Of a stretch of 62,774 nucleotides of DNA, positions 28,761-38,281 are shown in pieces; the first letter of the stretch is position 1, and each line of letters opens with the position of its first letter. Location of the stretch: assembly GCA_038206135.1 (NCBI GenBank), contig JBBRBD010000006.1, forward strand, positions 1 to 62,774. The letters run 5' to 3'. The translations under genes and the position numbers were made by a program. The notes beneath the pieces are model-generated. The model saw only the letters and a list, made by a program, of their open reading frames with translations, made no database searches and was not told the DNA's origin. The DNA is from Patescibacteria group bacterium (GTDB taxonomy: Bacteria > Patescibacteriota > Microgenomatia > UBA8517).

Positions 28761-30547
28761 AGAAAGAGAAACTCCCTGAGTGGGATTTATCCCGTTTTTA
28801 CGCTTCTCCCAAAGACCCAAAAATAGTGAAAGACATGGAGTCGCTCACGAAAAAATATTCAGCATTCCAAAAAAAATATAAAGGTAACATTAAGTTTCTT
28901 TCCGGACCACAAATAGAAATGCTCCTCACTGAGCTTCAATCACTAGATGACACGAGTGAGCGCCTAGGCTCCTACATAGGTCTGCTTTCAACAACTGACA
29001 CTATAAATGCAGAATACAACAAGCTCATGCAAAAAATTCGTGAGTGGAGTACTGAAGTCTCTCAAAAAATGTTGTTTGTTGGCCTTGAATGGAAATCCCT
29101 TCCCGACAAAATTGCCAAACAGAAACTAGAAACAATAAAAAACCCGCTCTATAAACATTATTTAACTCATGTCAGAGAGTTTGCCTCATATGCATTGAAA
29201 GAAGATGTTGAAGAAATAATTTTAGAAAAAAACATAACCGGCGCACAAAGCTTTGTACAACTGTTCAATAAACTTACCTCAACCCTTACATACGAGGTGA
29301 ACAAGAAAAAACTTACCCAGTCTGAAGTATTAACGCGTGTCACAGATAAAGACAGATCAGTGAGAAAAGAAGCTTCAGAAGCAGTCACTAAAACACTCGC
29401 CTCACGAGAAATGGAACTGACGCATATTTTTAATACCCTCTTAACCGAAAAAATGCTTTCAGACAAACGACGCGGGTACAAAACCTGGCTTACTGGTCGC
29501 AACTTGGGAAACAAAGTTTCAGACACCATCGTCGACAACTTAGTAACCAGTGTCACGAGTAGATACACAATCGCTGAAAAACATTACGCCTTGAAGAAAA
29601 AACTGTTACAGCTTGACGAACTATTTGACTACGACCGATATGCGCCGCTGACGGTAAGCACTAAAGAAACAAGCTTTAGCTGGCACGAAGCACAAACCCT
29701 CGTTACAAATTCATATGCATCTTTTAGTCCAGAAACAGGAAAAATAATTGACGAGTTTTTCACTGAAAAGTATATTCATGCAGAACCACTTCCCAATAAG
29801 CGGGGAGGAGCCTTTTGTGCTTCCACGGTGTCTTCAGCTCATCCCTACATCCTTATGAATTTCATGGGTAAAACTGATGATGTCATGACTTTAGCTCATG
29901 AGCTTGGGCACGGACTTCATCAATATTTGGCTGGGAAATCGCAGGGTGACTATGGACTTGGAATGCCGTTAACCACACAGGAGCTTGCTTCTACATTTGG
30001 AGAAATGATTGTGTTTCATAATTTAAAAAATAACATCCTCGACCCAAAGGAAAAACTCACCCTGTTAACCCAAAAAATAGACGGCATGATTGCAACAGTC
30101 TTTAGACAAATTGCCATGCATTCATTTGAAGACTTGGTTCACACTAAGAGGACAGAAGGATCTGAACTGTCAACAGAAGATATAAACAATGCATGGATCA
30201 CAACACAGCGAAAGATGTTTGGAAAAAGTGTGACACTGAGAAATGAATACAAAAACTGGTGGAGCTACATTCCTCATTTTATACATACCCCGGGCTACGT
30301 ATATGCATATTCATTTGGAGAACTGTTAGCGCTTTCCCTCTATAACTTGTACCAAAAAGACCCGGATAGCTTTGTGCCAAAATATATTGCCCTATTAAAA
30401 GCAGGGGACAGCGATTATCCCGTTAATCTCCTGAAAAAAGCTGGAATAGACATCTCAAAACCTGACATTTGGAATGAAGGACTCGACACAATTGAGAACC
30501 TTATAAAAGAGGAAGAAGAGCTCTCTGCTCAGATTTTAAAGAAATAA
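28757..30547 (+). CDS. M3B oligoendopeptidase F family
   Basis: WDLS, KRGGAFC, HELGHGLH, YVYAYSFG. Confidence 0.9.
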   Translation: MKKEKLPEWDLSRFYASPKDPKIVKDMESLTKKYSAFQKKYKGNIKFLSGPQIEMLLTELQSLDDTSERLGSYIGLLSTTDTINAEYNKLMQKIREWSTEVSQKMLFVGLEWKSLPDKIAKQKLETIKNPLYKHYLTHVREFASYALKEDVEEIILEKNITGAQSFVQLFNKLTSTLTYEVNKKKLTQSEVLTRVTDKDRSVRKEASEAVTKTLASREMELTHIFNTLLTEKMLSDKRRGYKTWLTGRNLGNKVSDTIVDNLVTSVTSRYTIAEKHYALKKKLLQLDELFDYDRYAPLTVSTKETSFSWHEAQTLVTNSYASFSPETGKIIDEFFTEKYIHAEPLPNKRGGAFCASTVSSAHPYILMNFMGKTDDVMTLAHELGHGLHQYLAGKSQGDYGLGMPLTTQELASTFGEMIVFHNLKNNILDPKEKLTLLTQKIDGMIATVFRQIAMHSFEDLVHTKRTEGSELSTEDINNAWITTQRKMFGKSVTLRNEYKNWWSYIPHFIHTPGYVYAYSFGELLALSLYNLYQKDPDSFVPKYIALLKAGDSDYPVNLLKKAGIDISKPDIWNEGLDTIENLIKEEEELSAQILKK

Positions 30548-30598
30548 AAAAAGGTACCAGCGAGTAAAAACTCCACTGGTACCAAATCTGATTTTCCG

Positions 30599-30832
30599 TT
30601 ATACAAAAAGAGCAAAGATTAAAAACATTACTCCAAAAACAAATGATCCAATTCCCGAGTAAAACAACTGGAGAGCACGTCGTTCAAGTCTAAATGCTCT
30701 CATAAGATCCATCTTTTTCCCAGTCATTTCTAGCTCTAGGTGCAGTTGGAGAGATCTCAGGAACACTCCAATCCCTATGGCTATTAAAACTAGACTGCAA
30801 AATAACTCTACTATTCGTGAATAGATATCCAT
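30599..30832 (-). CDS. Small two-TM membrane protein
   Basis: Two hydrophobic helices; purine-rich SD; bidirectional hairpin GGTACCAG/CTGGTACC downstream. Confidence 0.6.
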   Translation of the reverse strand: MDIYSRIVELFCSLVLIAIGIGVFLRSLQLHLELEMTGKKMDLMRAFRLERRALQLFYSGIGSFVFGVMFLIFALFV

Positions 30833-30904
30833 CTTTAAGCCCCTTCAATAAGATCGACGCTAGATATTCTAGCATACAGCCCCTAGACCAGCAATAATTA
30901 TGGG

Positions 30905-32143
30905 TTAATTTTGCATCAGTTCTTCTAACTCTTTTACATTTCCAAATGCAATGCGATCCGGAATATTTTGCTTCGCGGGGAGCACGCGCGCCGAGGTAAT
31001 CGTGTAGCTGCCAAAGCGAGTATTCACCGAGTCACACGCAGTTGACAGAGAAATGCCTTTTGAAACGTCGAGAAAAAGCTCTCCCTGCACTGGGGAAAAT
31101 GGTCGGAGGCAAAAAGAAGAAACTGCCAAATTTCGTACGGGTTTCCGAGGAGCTTCCTCTAAAATGACCATGGCTGCCCTAAAAAAATCAGGAGTGTTCC
31201 ATAAGTCTGAAGGAGTTTTATACCCTCGGTGATACTGTGTGCCATCCCGATACCCAATTGAGAGGTGAATCCCTCGTGCGGCAAGCCCTGCGTTTCTCAC
31301 TCTGAAACTCATTTTGGTAACCAGCTTTGACAAAATCGGAGACAGATCTGAAATCGTTTCAAAGGGTTTGGGAAGTGCATAACTGTTTCCATAACTGCGA
31401 CGCCCAAACTCCACTCGATCAATTTCATAACCATGCAGTCTTAAGTGCCAATAGTATCCATTCACACTTTGAAATGCAGCTTTTAATTTCCACAATGGAG
31501 CCTCATAAAAATCCCAGACAGAATAAATTCCCATGCCCATCAGGCGCGCGGCATTGCGCTCTTTAATGCCCGTTAAGTCAGTGAGTTTCATCTTTTTAAA
31601 TACTGACTCATATGAAGTACTGTCTATCGTGTCCAAGCCATCGGGCTTAGTTAAATTGGCTCCTGTCTTAGCTAGAAAATGGTTTGGACCAATGCCTACA
31701 GAAACCGTGAGTGAGTCCCCAATATCTGTTTTTATACGCCTCTTTATTTCAGCTCCCAATTCCATCATGGTTTTTCCGTGCATGGGAAGTGTCTTTTCAA
31801 AATGAAGCACAAACTCATCAATTGATTTGGGAGAAAAGTCCCAGGTGTAGTTTTTAAGAAGATTTCGAAATGCACGGTGCACATGTCGATATTTCTGAGG
31901 GTCAGGTCCCAACACAATGATCTTGGGACAAAAAATCTGTGCGTCTTTGACCCGCATGCCCGTTTTAACTCCCATTCGTTTTGCTTCATATGACGCGGCC
32001 AATATACACCCATTTGAACTGGGATATGCCGCGACCCCCACTGGCTTCCCCCGCAGAAGTGGATTGGCTTGTTGTTCAACTGACGCAAAGCAAGCATTCA
32101 AGTCTATGTGCATGACCGTGGGGGGAGTTGAGTTAAATTGCAT
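30905..32143 (-). CDS. dinB: Y-family DNA polymerase (DinB/Pol IV-like)
   Basis: HIDLNACFASVE, ASYEAK, SIDE, KTGANLTKPDG. Confidence 0.9.
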   Translation of the reverse strand: MQFNSTPPTVMHIDLNACFASVEQQANPLLRGKPVGVAAYPSSNGCILAASYEAKRMGVKTGMRVKDAQIFCPKIIVLGPDPQKYRHVHRAFRNLLKNYTWDFSPKSIDEFVLHFEKTLPMHGKTMMELGAEIKRRIKTDIGDSLTVSVGIGPNHFLAKTGANLTKPDGLDTIDSTSYESVFKKMKLTDLTGIKERNAARLMGMGIYSVWDFYEAPLWKLKAAFQSVNGYYWHLRLHGYEIDRVEFGRRSYGNSYALPKPFETISDLSPILSKLVTKMSFRVRNAGLAARGIHLSIGYRDGTQYHRGYKTPSDLWNTPDFFRAAMVILEEAPRKPVRNLAVSSFCLRPFSPVQGELFLDVSKGISLSTACDSVNTRFGSYTITSARVLPAKQNIPDRIAFGNVKELEELMQN

Positions 32144-32509
32144 TTTATTTGTTTTAGACCTATAATTGACACTTCAGTAGAAAATCAAAGGAGGTTGAAT
32201 CTGCAAAAAACTCTCAAGGTCCCGGGGGCTCCCTTTGTAACTTTCAGGTGCAATGACGAATTTTTCAAGTTATCTTTTGATCCAATCAGTTCGTTCATAA
32301 ACGTCGACAGTGAAAAAGGAGTACGGCTATTTTCAGTTAATACCAGAGAGTCTGTTGCAATTTATCCGACAGTTGACTGCTATCTGACTGTCGCGAGTAT
32401 TGGCTTGGAAGTAACACCTAGAAACGCACCCATCATTCTAAACGAATACCACGCAGTAACACTCACGGTCAATGAAAATGAAATACAGATCGAGTATTTT
32501 CCTCGGTAG
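32138..32509 (+). CDS. Hypothetical protein inserted between dinB and its upstream partner
   Basis: ORF track; AAGGAGG near 32188 suggests the true start is ~32194-32200. Confidence 0.55.
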   Translation: MHFICFRPIIDTSVENQRRLNLQKTLKVPGAPFVTFRCNDEFFKLSFDPISSFINVDSEKGVRLFSVNTRESVAIYPTVDCYLTVASIGLEVTPRNAPIILNEYHAVTLTVNENEIQIEYFPR

Positions 32510-32527
32510 AAAAACAATTGGCGCTTT

Positions 32528-32833
32528 TCACATTTGGAAAGCGCCAGCAATATCTCCAATTTCTTCCAGCTTCCAAAACAACGTATCTGTATTTAACACA
32601 AGCCTCATAAAAATAGTTTCAGTCATCACAGAAAACACATGAAACAATGTTTTGCCGTCTCGAAATACGTGGTGCAGTCCTAATTTTTTAACAGTATACT
32701 CACGGTTTTTCCAGATAACTGTTCGAGGGACTACAAAGGCCGGAGTGGCAGAAGAGGAGCAAAGAACCGAAACTGGCTCACTAATTTTAAACGAAGAGTA
32801 GTGTGAATATTCGGGTACTGTTTGGGTGGACAT
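32528..32833 (-). CDS. DUF6504-like small beta protein typical of dinB neighbourhoods
   Basis: VIWKNREYTVKK, HVFSV, RLVLNTDTLFWKL; TTGACT-17-TATTTT promoter. Confidence 0.65.
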   Translation of the reverse strand: MSTQTVPEYSHYSSFKISEPVSVLCSSSATPAFVVPRTVIWKNREYTVKKLGLHHVFRDGKTLFHVFSVMTETIFMRLVLNTDTLFWKLEEIGDIAGAFQM

Positions 32834-32934
32834 ACTTTAAAATAACCCAAACAAAAACCGAAGTCAAGAGACTAAAAACAAAATATATGTGGATAAAGAA
32901 AGTGTTGGATTATTATTCACAAAGCACACACTCA

Positions 32935-34956
32935 CTACATATTGAAGTACCATTGGATCCATGAAGGTCTACCAACTGGGGTTAAATCATGGTCAACTCG
33001 AGTACAAGCTTCACATTGTCTATTTGAGTATCTCTGATTGCTTTTGCCCGGATCACTCAAAGGGACATTGGTCAAAATAAGAGGAATACAGTCGAGGCCC
33101 GCACCCGTACAATTCATATTTCTGTTTCCAAATCGGTTCATGAACACTTTCCCGAGGGTCAAATCAGTTTTACCATTTTTGTCACTATCGACGGGAGTGT
33201 TGTCATAATATTCATATACTTGAGTTGTATACCCTTGACCTGCACTAAAGTTAGAGTTATTCCATCGACAGGTAACATCTCCTGGTTTACAAAATGGCGC
33301 GTTTTGAACAGTTACTCCAGACGGCGTCATAGTGTCAACGTTACTAAGAGGGTCAAATACTCGAATAACATATCTAAAGTCAGATGAGCCATGTGCCCAC
33401 CATTCAACAGGTGCTTGAGACGAATCAATCATCCCATTAGGCATTGCTTTGACAATGCTATCTGTAATTGTTTTGTGGCAACGGAACTCATCCATAAGTC
33501 CTTGAGTATTCAATGGGAAGAACTGACTGTCTGTCGGAAGACTTATCAATTGTCCACGAATCGGATCTGAATTACGTAGATTCCAGCAAGGTTGGGTTAA
33601 ATAGCCAGAACCACCAGTTGCTGCGGATGAGACAAAGAGTTGTCCGTTGTCACTCCATCCTCCAGTGCGATAAATTCCACAAGTCGATGGGTCATTTGGG
33701 TTTTTACACAGTCTTCCTTCAAAAGAGAATGAGTGGAATCGTACTCCGACTTCATTGTGATGAGATGACATGAAATGGAATTCCAAACGTGAATCTGTAA
33801 TACAGTATTCTCCTCCGTCACAGGTTTGACCTCGGCGAACCACCCAGAAGTAGCCTTGATGTTTCAAATCATTTTCCTTTTGACCTTCAACTCCAGTAAT
33901 TGACATTGCTTGAGCTTCTGTTGTGTTTGCCGGAATGGAGAAAGTCTGCCATGGATATGAAATAGACTGTCCTGCATTGTTAAACCATGCTCCTGGTTCT
34001 CCAAATATGTCATTCACATAATTTGGATCATCACCATGCTCGTGGTCATAATGACATTTTGCTGTCGTATTCACTAAGCTGTGCCAAATGTTCTTATTGT
34101 GCTCAGCTGCAGTACACACTCTGTCATATACTCCTTTAACAGCATCAGCCTTTACTTGATTGAACTTGGCAAGATTAATTCCAACTTCGAGTCCGTCTCC
34201 TGATCCAACTCCAAATCCGCCAGTTGCAGAGGTTCCATTTGGTGCAGTTGTAGCACTTGGTGTGGTAACGGGAGTCGGTGACGCCATTGCGGTCATCTTT
34301 GGAGTAGCAATTGCACTTGGACTAACGACAGGTGTAATTGTTTCTATAAATTCAAAATACGGTTTTTGAGAGGAATCGTTTGAGTTAAAAGTAAAAATAC
34401 CAGAGCCAGAAGCAGTAATTGCAAAACTTACGTTTTCAAGAGGACTCTTTTGAATTGCTGGAAGAAATTGACTGAAATCAATTTCGACCCAACCATTTGT
34501 TGCATTGGTATTAAAAGTCGCAACAGTAGATCCAAGTGTAGGTTTGTTTTGATAGGTGAGTTTTGATTCATTCCAATTCGCTGTTACCAGTCTAATAACC
34601 TGTTGAGCAGTACTTGTACTTACAACATGCAGTTTCAATTTTGCCGAAGTGATGGTTCTTCCGCGAAGAGCATTCAAATTTACTTTAAAATATGTGGTTA
34701 AACGAGTATTGTCTCCAGATTGGAGCACATCACTTTTGCCAAAATTGTTTCTTGGTTTTGAGGCAGAAGAATAAGTGTCTTCCCCAATTCCGACTTTAAA
34801 ACTTGAAGTCAAACTTGCAGCGTTAGTTCTAGAGACAAAAGGGTTCAAATTGCTCTGTGAAAAAACAATTGCACCAAGTGTAAGTAAAACAAGTGCCCCT
34901 ACGACAACTAGCTGGGCAAATCCTGAATTTCTCATGTGCATAGTTTTATAATTCAT
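32935..34956 (-). CDS. Exported protein: pilin-like N-terminus, DNRLRE/CBM96-like domain, P/T linker, His/Cys-rich C-terminal domain
   Basis: RNSGFAQLVVVG; EDTYSS...NFG...TITSAKLKLHV; SPTPVTTPSATT; CHYDHEHGDDP. Confidence 0.75.
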   Translation of the reverse strand: MNYKTMHMRNSGFAQLVVVGALVLLTLGAIVFSQSNLNPFVSRTNAASLTSSFKVGIGEDTYSSASKPRNNFGKSDVLQSGDNTRLTTYFKVNLNALRGRTITSAKLKLHVVSTSTAQQVIRLVTANWNESKLTYQNKPTLGSTVATFNTNATNGWVEIDFSQFLPAIQKSPLENVSFAITASGSGIFTFNSNDSSQKPYFEFIETITPVVSPSAIATPKMTAMASPTPVTTPSATTAPNGTSATGGFGVGSGDGLEVGINLAKFNQVKADAVKGVYDRVCTAAEHNKNIWHSLVNTTAKCHYDHEHGDDPNYVNDIFGEPGAWFNNAGQSISYPWQTFSIPANTTEAQAMSITGVEGQKENDLKHQGYFWVVRRGQTCDGGEYCITDSRLEFHFMSSHHNEVGVRFHSFSFEGRLCKNPNDPSTCGIYRTGGWSDNGQLFVSSAATGGSGYLTQPCWNLRNSDPIRGQLISLPTDSQFFPLNTQGLMDEFRCHKTITDSIVKAMPNGMIDSSQAPVEWWAHGSSDFRYVIRVFDPLSNVDTMTPSGVTVQNAPFCKPGDVTCRWNNSNFSAGQGYTTQVYEYYDNTPVDSDKNGKTDLTLGKVFMNRFGNRNMNCTGAGLDCIPLILTNVPLSDPGKSNQRYSNRQCEACTRVDHDLTPVGRPSWIQWYFNM

Positions 34957-35054
34957 TAAAACTGAAGATGTGTCAAGATATCAAACACACAGATATTTAT
35001 TAGAAATAATTAAATCACGATTTTTTATGAAGAGATAGAACCATAGTGTGATGC

Positions 35055-35828
35055 TTATTCAATACGTTGATCAAAATTAGACTGTTGCGCAATATCTTTA
35101 AATTCCAACGCTCCAGCAAACATACCTTTGGCTAAAAACTCTTCCGTTTGAGGCTTACTTAATCCCTTCTCTTGATAATAGGAAGATGCTTCACGAAGGA
35201 CTTCTCCCATTGTCTTATTCTCAAACTGATTATTGTGATCATCCAAAAAGTGTCCGCCTGAAACCTTATCGAGCGTCATTGTCGCTTTCCATATAGTATC
35301 GAGATGTTCTCCTTCAAAAGGTAAATCAAGCGTTTCTATAAGAGTTGTAATACCTGCTTCATTTATAGCTCCCTGTGTACAGTCTTTGTCTTGTACGTTA
35401 TCAATAATAATCTGTTTCGTTGGTTTCTCAGTTAATGGTGTAAGCGTTTTTCCTTCAGCATTATATAATTTTGTTTCTGGTTTAATGTCATATGCTGCAA
35501 GTACCGGAACAAACGCTCTGTCTCCTGATCGAATATCACTATTATATTCTTCATCTGTAGCCATACGAACGAGACATCTCATTGTGACGACTCCTTTGGC
35601 ATATTCTTTGTCGGGAGTCGTCCAAGTAAAGTTGTTAGCGTAGTCAATCGAATGGGGATTTAAGCCTTTTGACATAATTTCTTCTAAAAGGCCTTCTGAA
35701 GTAGGTTTATTTATGCTCGTGTCATTTCGTGGAATATATCCTCGATACAATGCTTTTGGCCTATCAACTTCTGCTGTCTTTTCGGCAAAACCTGAAGAAG
35801 AAAATTCAATACTTTGTTCTGGTTCCAT
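35055..35828 (-). CDS. Hypothetical protein with ADP-ribosyltransferase-like motifs
   Basis: ALYRGY...IMSKGL...FTWTTPDKEYA; start moved to ATG 35828 (TACTAT 5 nt upstream). Confidence 0.6.
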   Translation of the reverse strand: MEPEQSIEFSSSGFAEKTAEVDRPKALYRGYIPRNDTSINKPTSEGLLEEIMSKGLNPHSIDYANNFTWTTPDKEYAKGVVTMRCLVRMATDEEYNSDIRSGDRAFVPVLAAYDIKPETKLYNAEGKTLTPLTEKPTKQIIIDNVQDKDCTQGAINEAGITTLIETLDLPFEGEHLDTIWKATMTLDKVSGGHFLDDHNNQFENKTMGEVLREASSYYQEKGLSKPQTEEFLAKGMFAGALEFKDIAQQSNFDQRIE

Positions 35829-35938
35829 GCCTAATAGTAGCATTATTTGAAAAAGCTCAGAAAAAAAATCACGATTTGATATACTATAAGTGTCAGATCG
35901 CACATTTTCACAAAAAATCACATAAGGAGTCTTTGAAA

Positions 35939-36865
35939 ATGAAATGGAAAACGCTCGTTGTTCTCCTGATTTCAATTTTTGTAATGAGCTTAAGCGGCAC
36001 TACATTAGCACAAACGCAATCTGTCACCGTCACGAGTATCTCGGTTGACACCACAGCAAAGTCACCACTTGTCTGCCTGAACATGGACCTCACCCTGAAT
36101 GGTCTTGCCAACAAATACACCATAGTCGCGGCCATTCCGGTCAATGACAAGGGGGATCAGATTGTTAACACCAGTGGAGACCCAAGCGACACCTGGAAAA
36201 CAGGAACTGTCCTGAGCCACGTTAAGCTTGACAAAGATTCGACGAATGTTGCCAAGTGGAACAATATCAAGGTTTGTGTAAATACAGATCACTTTCAACT
36301 CTCTGAACAGATGTACACCTTTTATGTGGTACTCGCGTTCTTTGACGAAAGTAATGGCAACTTGATCGGTGATCTATACGACACGTCTCAAAAAGTAGGG
36401 GAGTTCACTATTCTCGCGGCCACTGCACCACAAGTCAGAATTACGAACGTAGTAAAAACGGTTGGACCAAACCTTGCCATTGGAAGTATTGATATAGGGG
36501 TCACATATACGGTTACGTTTGAAGCCTGGAGGCTGAAAGGAAAAGCACTAACCGTAAATATGTTGCCCGTCACAAAAGACGGAACACACGTAAAAAACTT
36601 AAGCCCAAAGTCGAATAATCGAACGGTTGGCGGAGATATTGTTTCAACGCTTATTGTAACCCCTTTGAAAAATGATCAAATTTGGGGCGACTGGCAAAAT
36701 GATTCAACCAGTCAATCACTTTCGTTTTATGTATCGTTTTACGATATTCCGATTGGTACTATCTACCCGTCGTTCGTTGTTGTCAATTCAGACAAAAAGA
36801 CTACGGTCCTCTTAGAGAGGTCGTTTATAGACGAGAATCTGTCTGTGGTCGTAAAACCATCATAA
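35939..36865 (+). CDS. Secreted protein with two repeated beta-rich domains
   Basis: AAGGAG SD, signal peptide MKWKTLVVLLISIF...TLA, internal similarity between halves. Confidence 0.75.
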   Translation: MKWKTLVVLLISIFVMSLSGTTLAQTQSVTVTSISVDTTAKSPLVCLNMDLTLNGLANKYTIVAAIPVNDKGDQIVNTSGDPSDTWKTGTVLSHVKLDKDSTNVAKWNNIKVCVNTDHFQLSEQMYTFYVVLAFFDESNGNLIGDLYDTSQKVGEFTILAATAPQVRITNVVKTVGPNLAIGSIDIGVTYTVTFEAWRLKGKALTVNMLPVTKDGTHVKNLSPKSNNRTVGGDIVSTLIVTPLKNDQIWGDWQNDSTSQSLSFYVSFYDIPIGTIYPSFVVVNSDKKTTVLLERSFIDENLSVVVKPS

Positions 36866-37024
36866 AATCAACAACTCATCACCATTGTTGATTTGAAATA
36901 CAGGGGCGTTCAAAGTTTGAGCGCCCTAACTTGTAAACCCCATAATTCAATTTTAGCCTCAAGTGTGATATACTTTGATACCTCAATAGTGAGGATACTT
37001 TAGATACAGAAAGGTGCGCTTTTT

Positions 37025-37435
37025 ATGGCTCACGAATATCGCTTTGAACCGTGTGTCTCAGCAATTATGGCTTCTGCACTGAAGCCGATCGCGGAATTAC
37101 ACGGGATTTCACCAGATATTGCAATGCAATGGGTGGCACGTGTTTCAGCGGATGACATCATTGATCTGGGGCCTGGAACATTTCCGACCTGTGATGGTGA
37201 AGTTGTCTTTTTGGTTGGAAATAACCCTGAGTTTCAAGTAAAAGTGATCGTTAAAGTTGCTCGTATTGTACTCTTAGAGAACAGTCAGACATGGATTGGC
37301 AAATATGTTGGTTGTAAATGTCGTGATTGGTCATGGGCATACCCGATTGATTGGAAAACCGGCGAGAAATTACAACCACAAATTCTTTTAGGTGAATACC
37401 CGTTTTCGTATCTTAGTATGAAGCATTACAGCTAG
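37025..37435 (+). CDS. Hypothetical protein
   Basis: AAAGGT SD; contains GCKCRDW; followed by terminator 37453-37480. Confidence 0.7.
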   Translation: MAHEYRFEPCVSAIMASALKPIAELHGISPDIAMQWVARVSADDIIDLGPGTFPTCDGEVVFLVGNNPEFQVKVIVKVARIVLLENSQTWIGKYVGCKCRDWSWAYPIDWKTGEKLQPQILLGEYPFSYLSMKHYS

Positions 37436-37452
37436 ATTGAAGGATTCACAAA

Positions 37453-37512
37453 GAGTGGCTCATTAGTCACTCTTTTTTTTGCACAAAAAAAAGGCGCTCA
37501 AACGTGAGCGCC
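37453..37512. terminator. Back-to-back terminators of convergent genes
   Basis: GAGTGGC-TCATTA-GTCACTC+T8 (+) and GGCGCTCA-AACG-TGAGCGCC with A-run on the left (-). Confidence 0.8.
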
Positions 37513-37522
37513 AAACCTTACA

Positions 37523-37810
37523 CTATATAAGTGATATGCTAAAAAAAACGGCTTTTCGTTTCCGAATGTGAGCTGACAAGCGAACATGTGTTCCGATTTT
37601 GCACAATCGCTTATTTAGCTCTAGAAACACTGAACAAACTGCGTACTGAATGACGCGGTCGTAATCGGCCTCAGGACGCAAGTCTTCCCGCAACACATCC
37701 TCACTGCACCGAATAAGTCCTATCGTCGCATGATTCATATGTATTGAAACTACCTGTCGCAATTTTCTTTCTAGAAAAATACTGTCTTGCATCTCAAGTG
37801 CGTTTAGCAT
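37523..37810 (-). CDS. Hypothetical protein
   Basis: 95 aa, GAGGT SD, own terminator. Confidence 0.6.
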   Translation of the reverse strand: MLNALEMQDSIFLERKLRQVVSIHMNHATIGLIRCSEDVLREDLRPEADYDRVIQYAVCSVFLELNKRLCKIGTHVRLSAHIRKRKAVFFSISLI

Positions 37811-37868
37811 GAGTAACCTCGCTTTTTATAAAAAAAACACTGAAAAGAAGTATATGCTATATTTAATT

Positions 37869-38249
37869 ATGAAACCAGAAACAATTAAAGCGATTTTTAC
37901 AAATCTTTTGTTCGTGATTGGAGTCATACTTCTTATCGTTGGTTTTATTCAAGGAACAAGAACTGCCGTAAAACTTCTCACCTTTGATCAATATCCTCTT
38001 GAATCATATGAAGAAACAAAATGCTCGCAGCCTCCATACACTGGTGTTGAACCTGTACCAATGCCGCTTGAAAACGGCAAAACTGCAGCTATCGTAAACA
38101 AAGGGAGTGAGTCCATAAAGGCAGATTGTGAAATGCAGCTTAATCATGAACGAAAAGTAAGAGAGACAGAGGACATTGTGGGAGCTATTACCATGCTTGT
38201 GTCAGGTGGCACTCTTGTATTCTTCTTTAGAAAATATATTTTGAAGTAA
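37869..38249 (+). CDS. Two-TM membrane protein with periplasmic loop (two Cys)
   Basis: Start moved to ATG 37869; hydrophobic N- and C-terminal helices. Confidence 0.75.
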   Translation: MKPETIKAIFTNLLFVIGVILLIVGFIQGTRTAVKLLTFDQYPLESYEETKCSQPPYTGVEPVPMPLENGKTAAIVNKGSESIKADCEMQLNHERKVRETEDIVGAITMLVSGGTLVFFFRKYILK

Positions 38250-38281
38250 AAAAAAACCCCTTGGCGTGGGGTTATGCTAAA

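Noticed and set aside
37025-37435. SWIM-type zinc finger from GCKCRDW
   Set aside because: The required downstream CxH pair is missing
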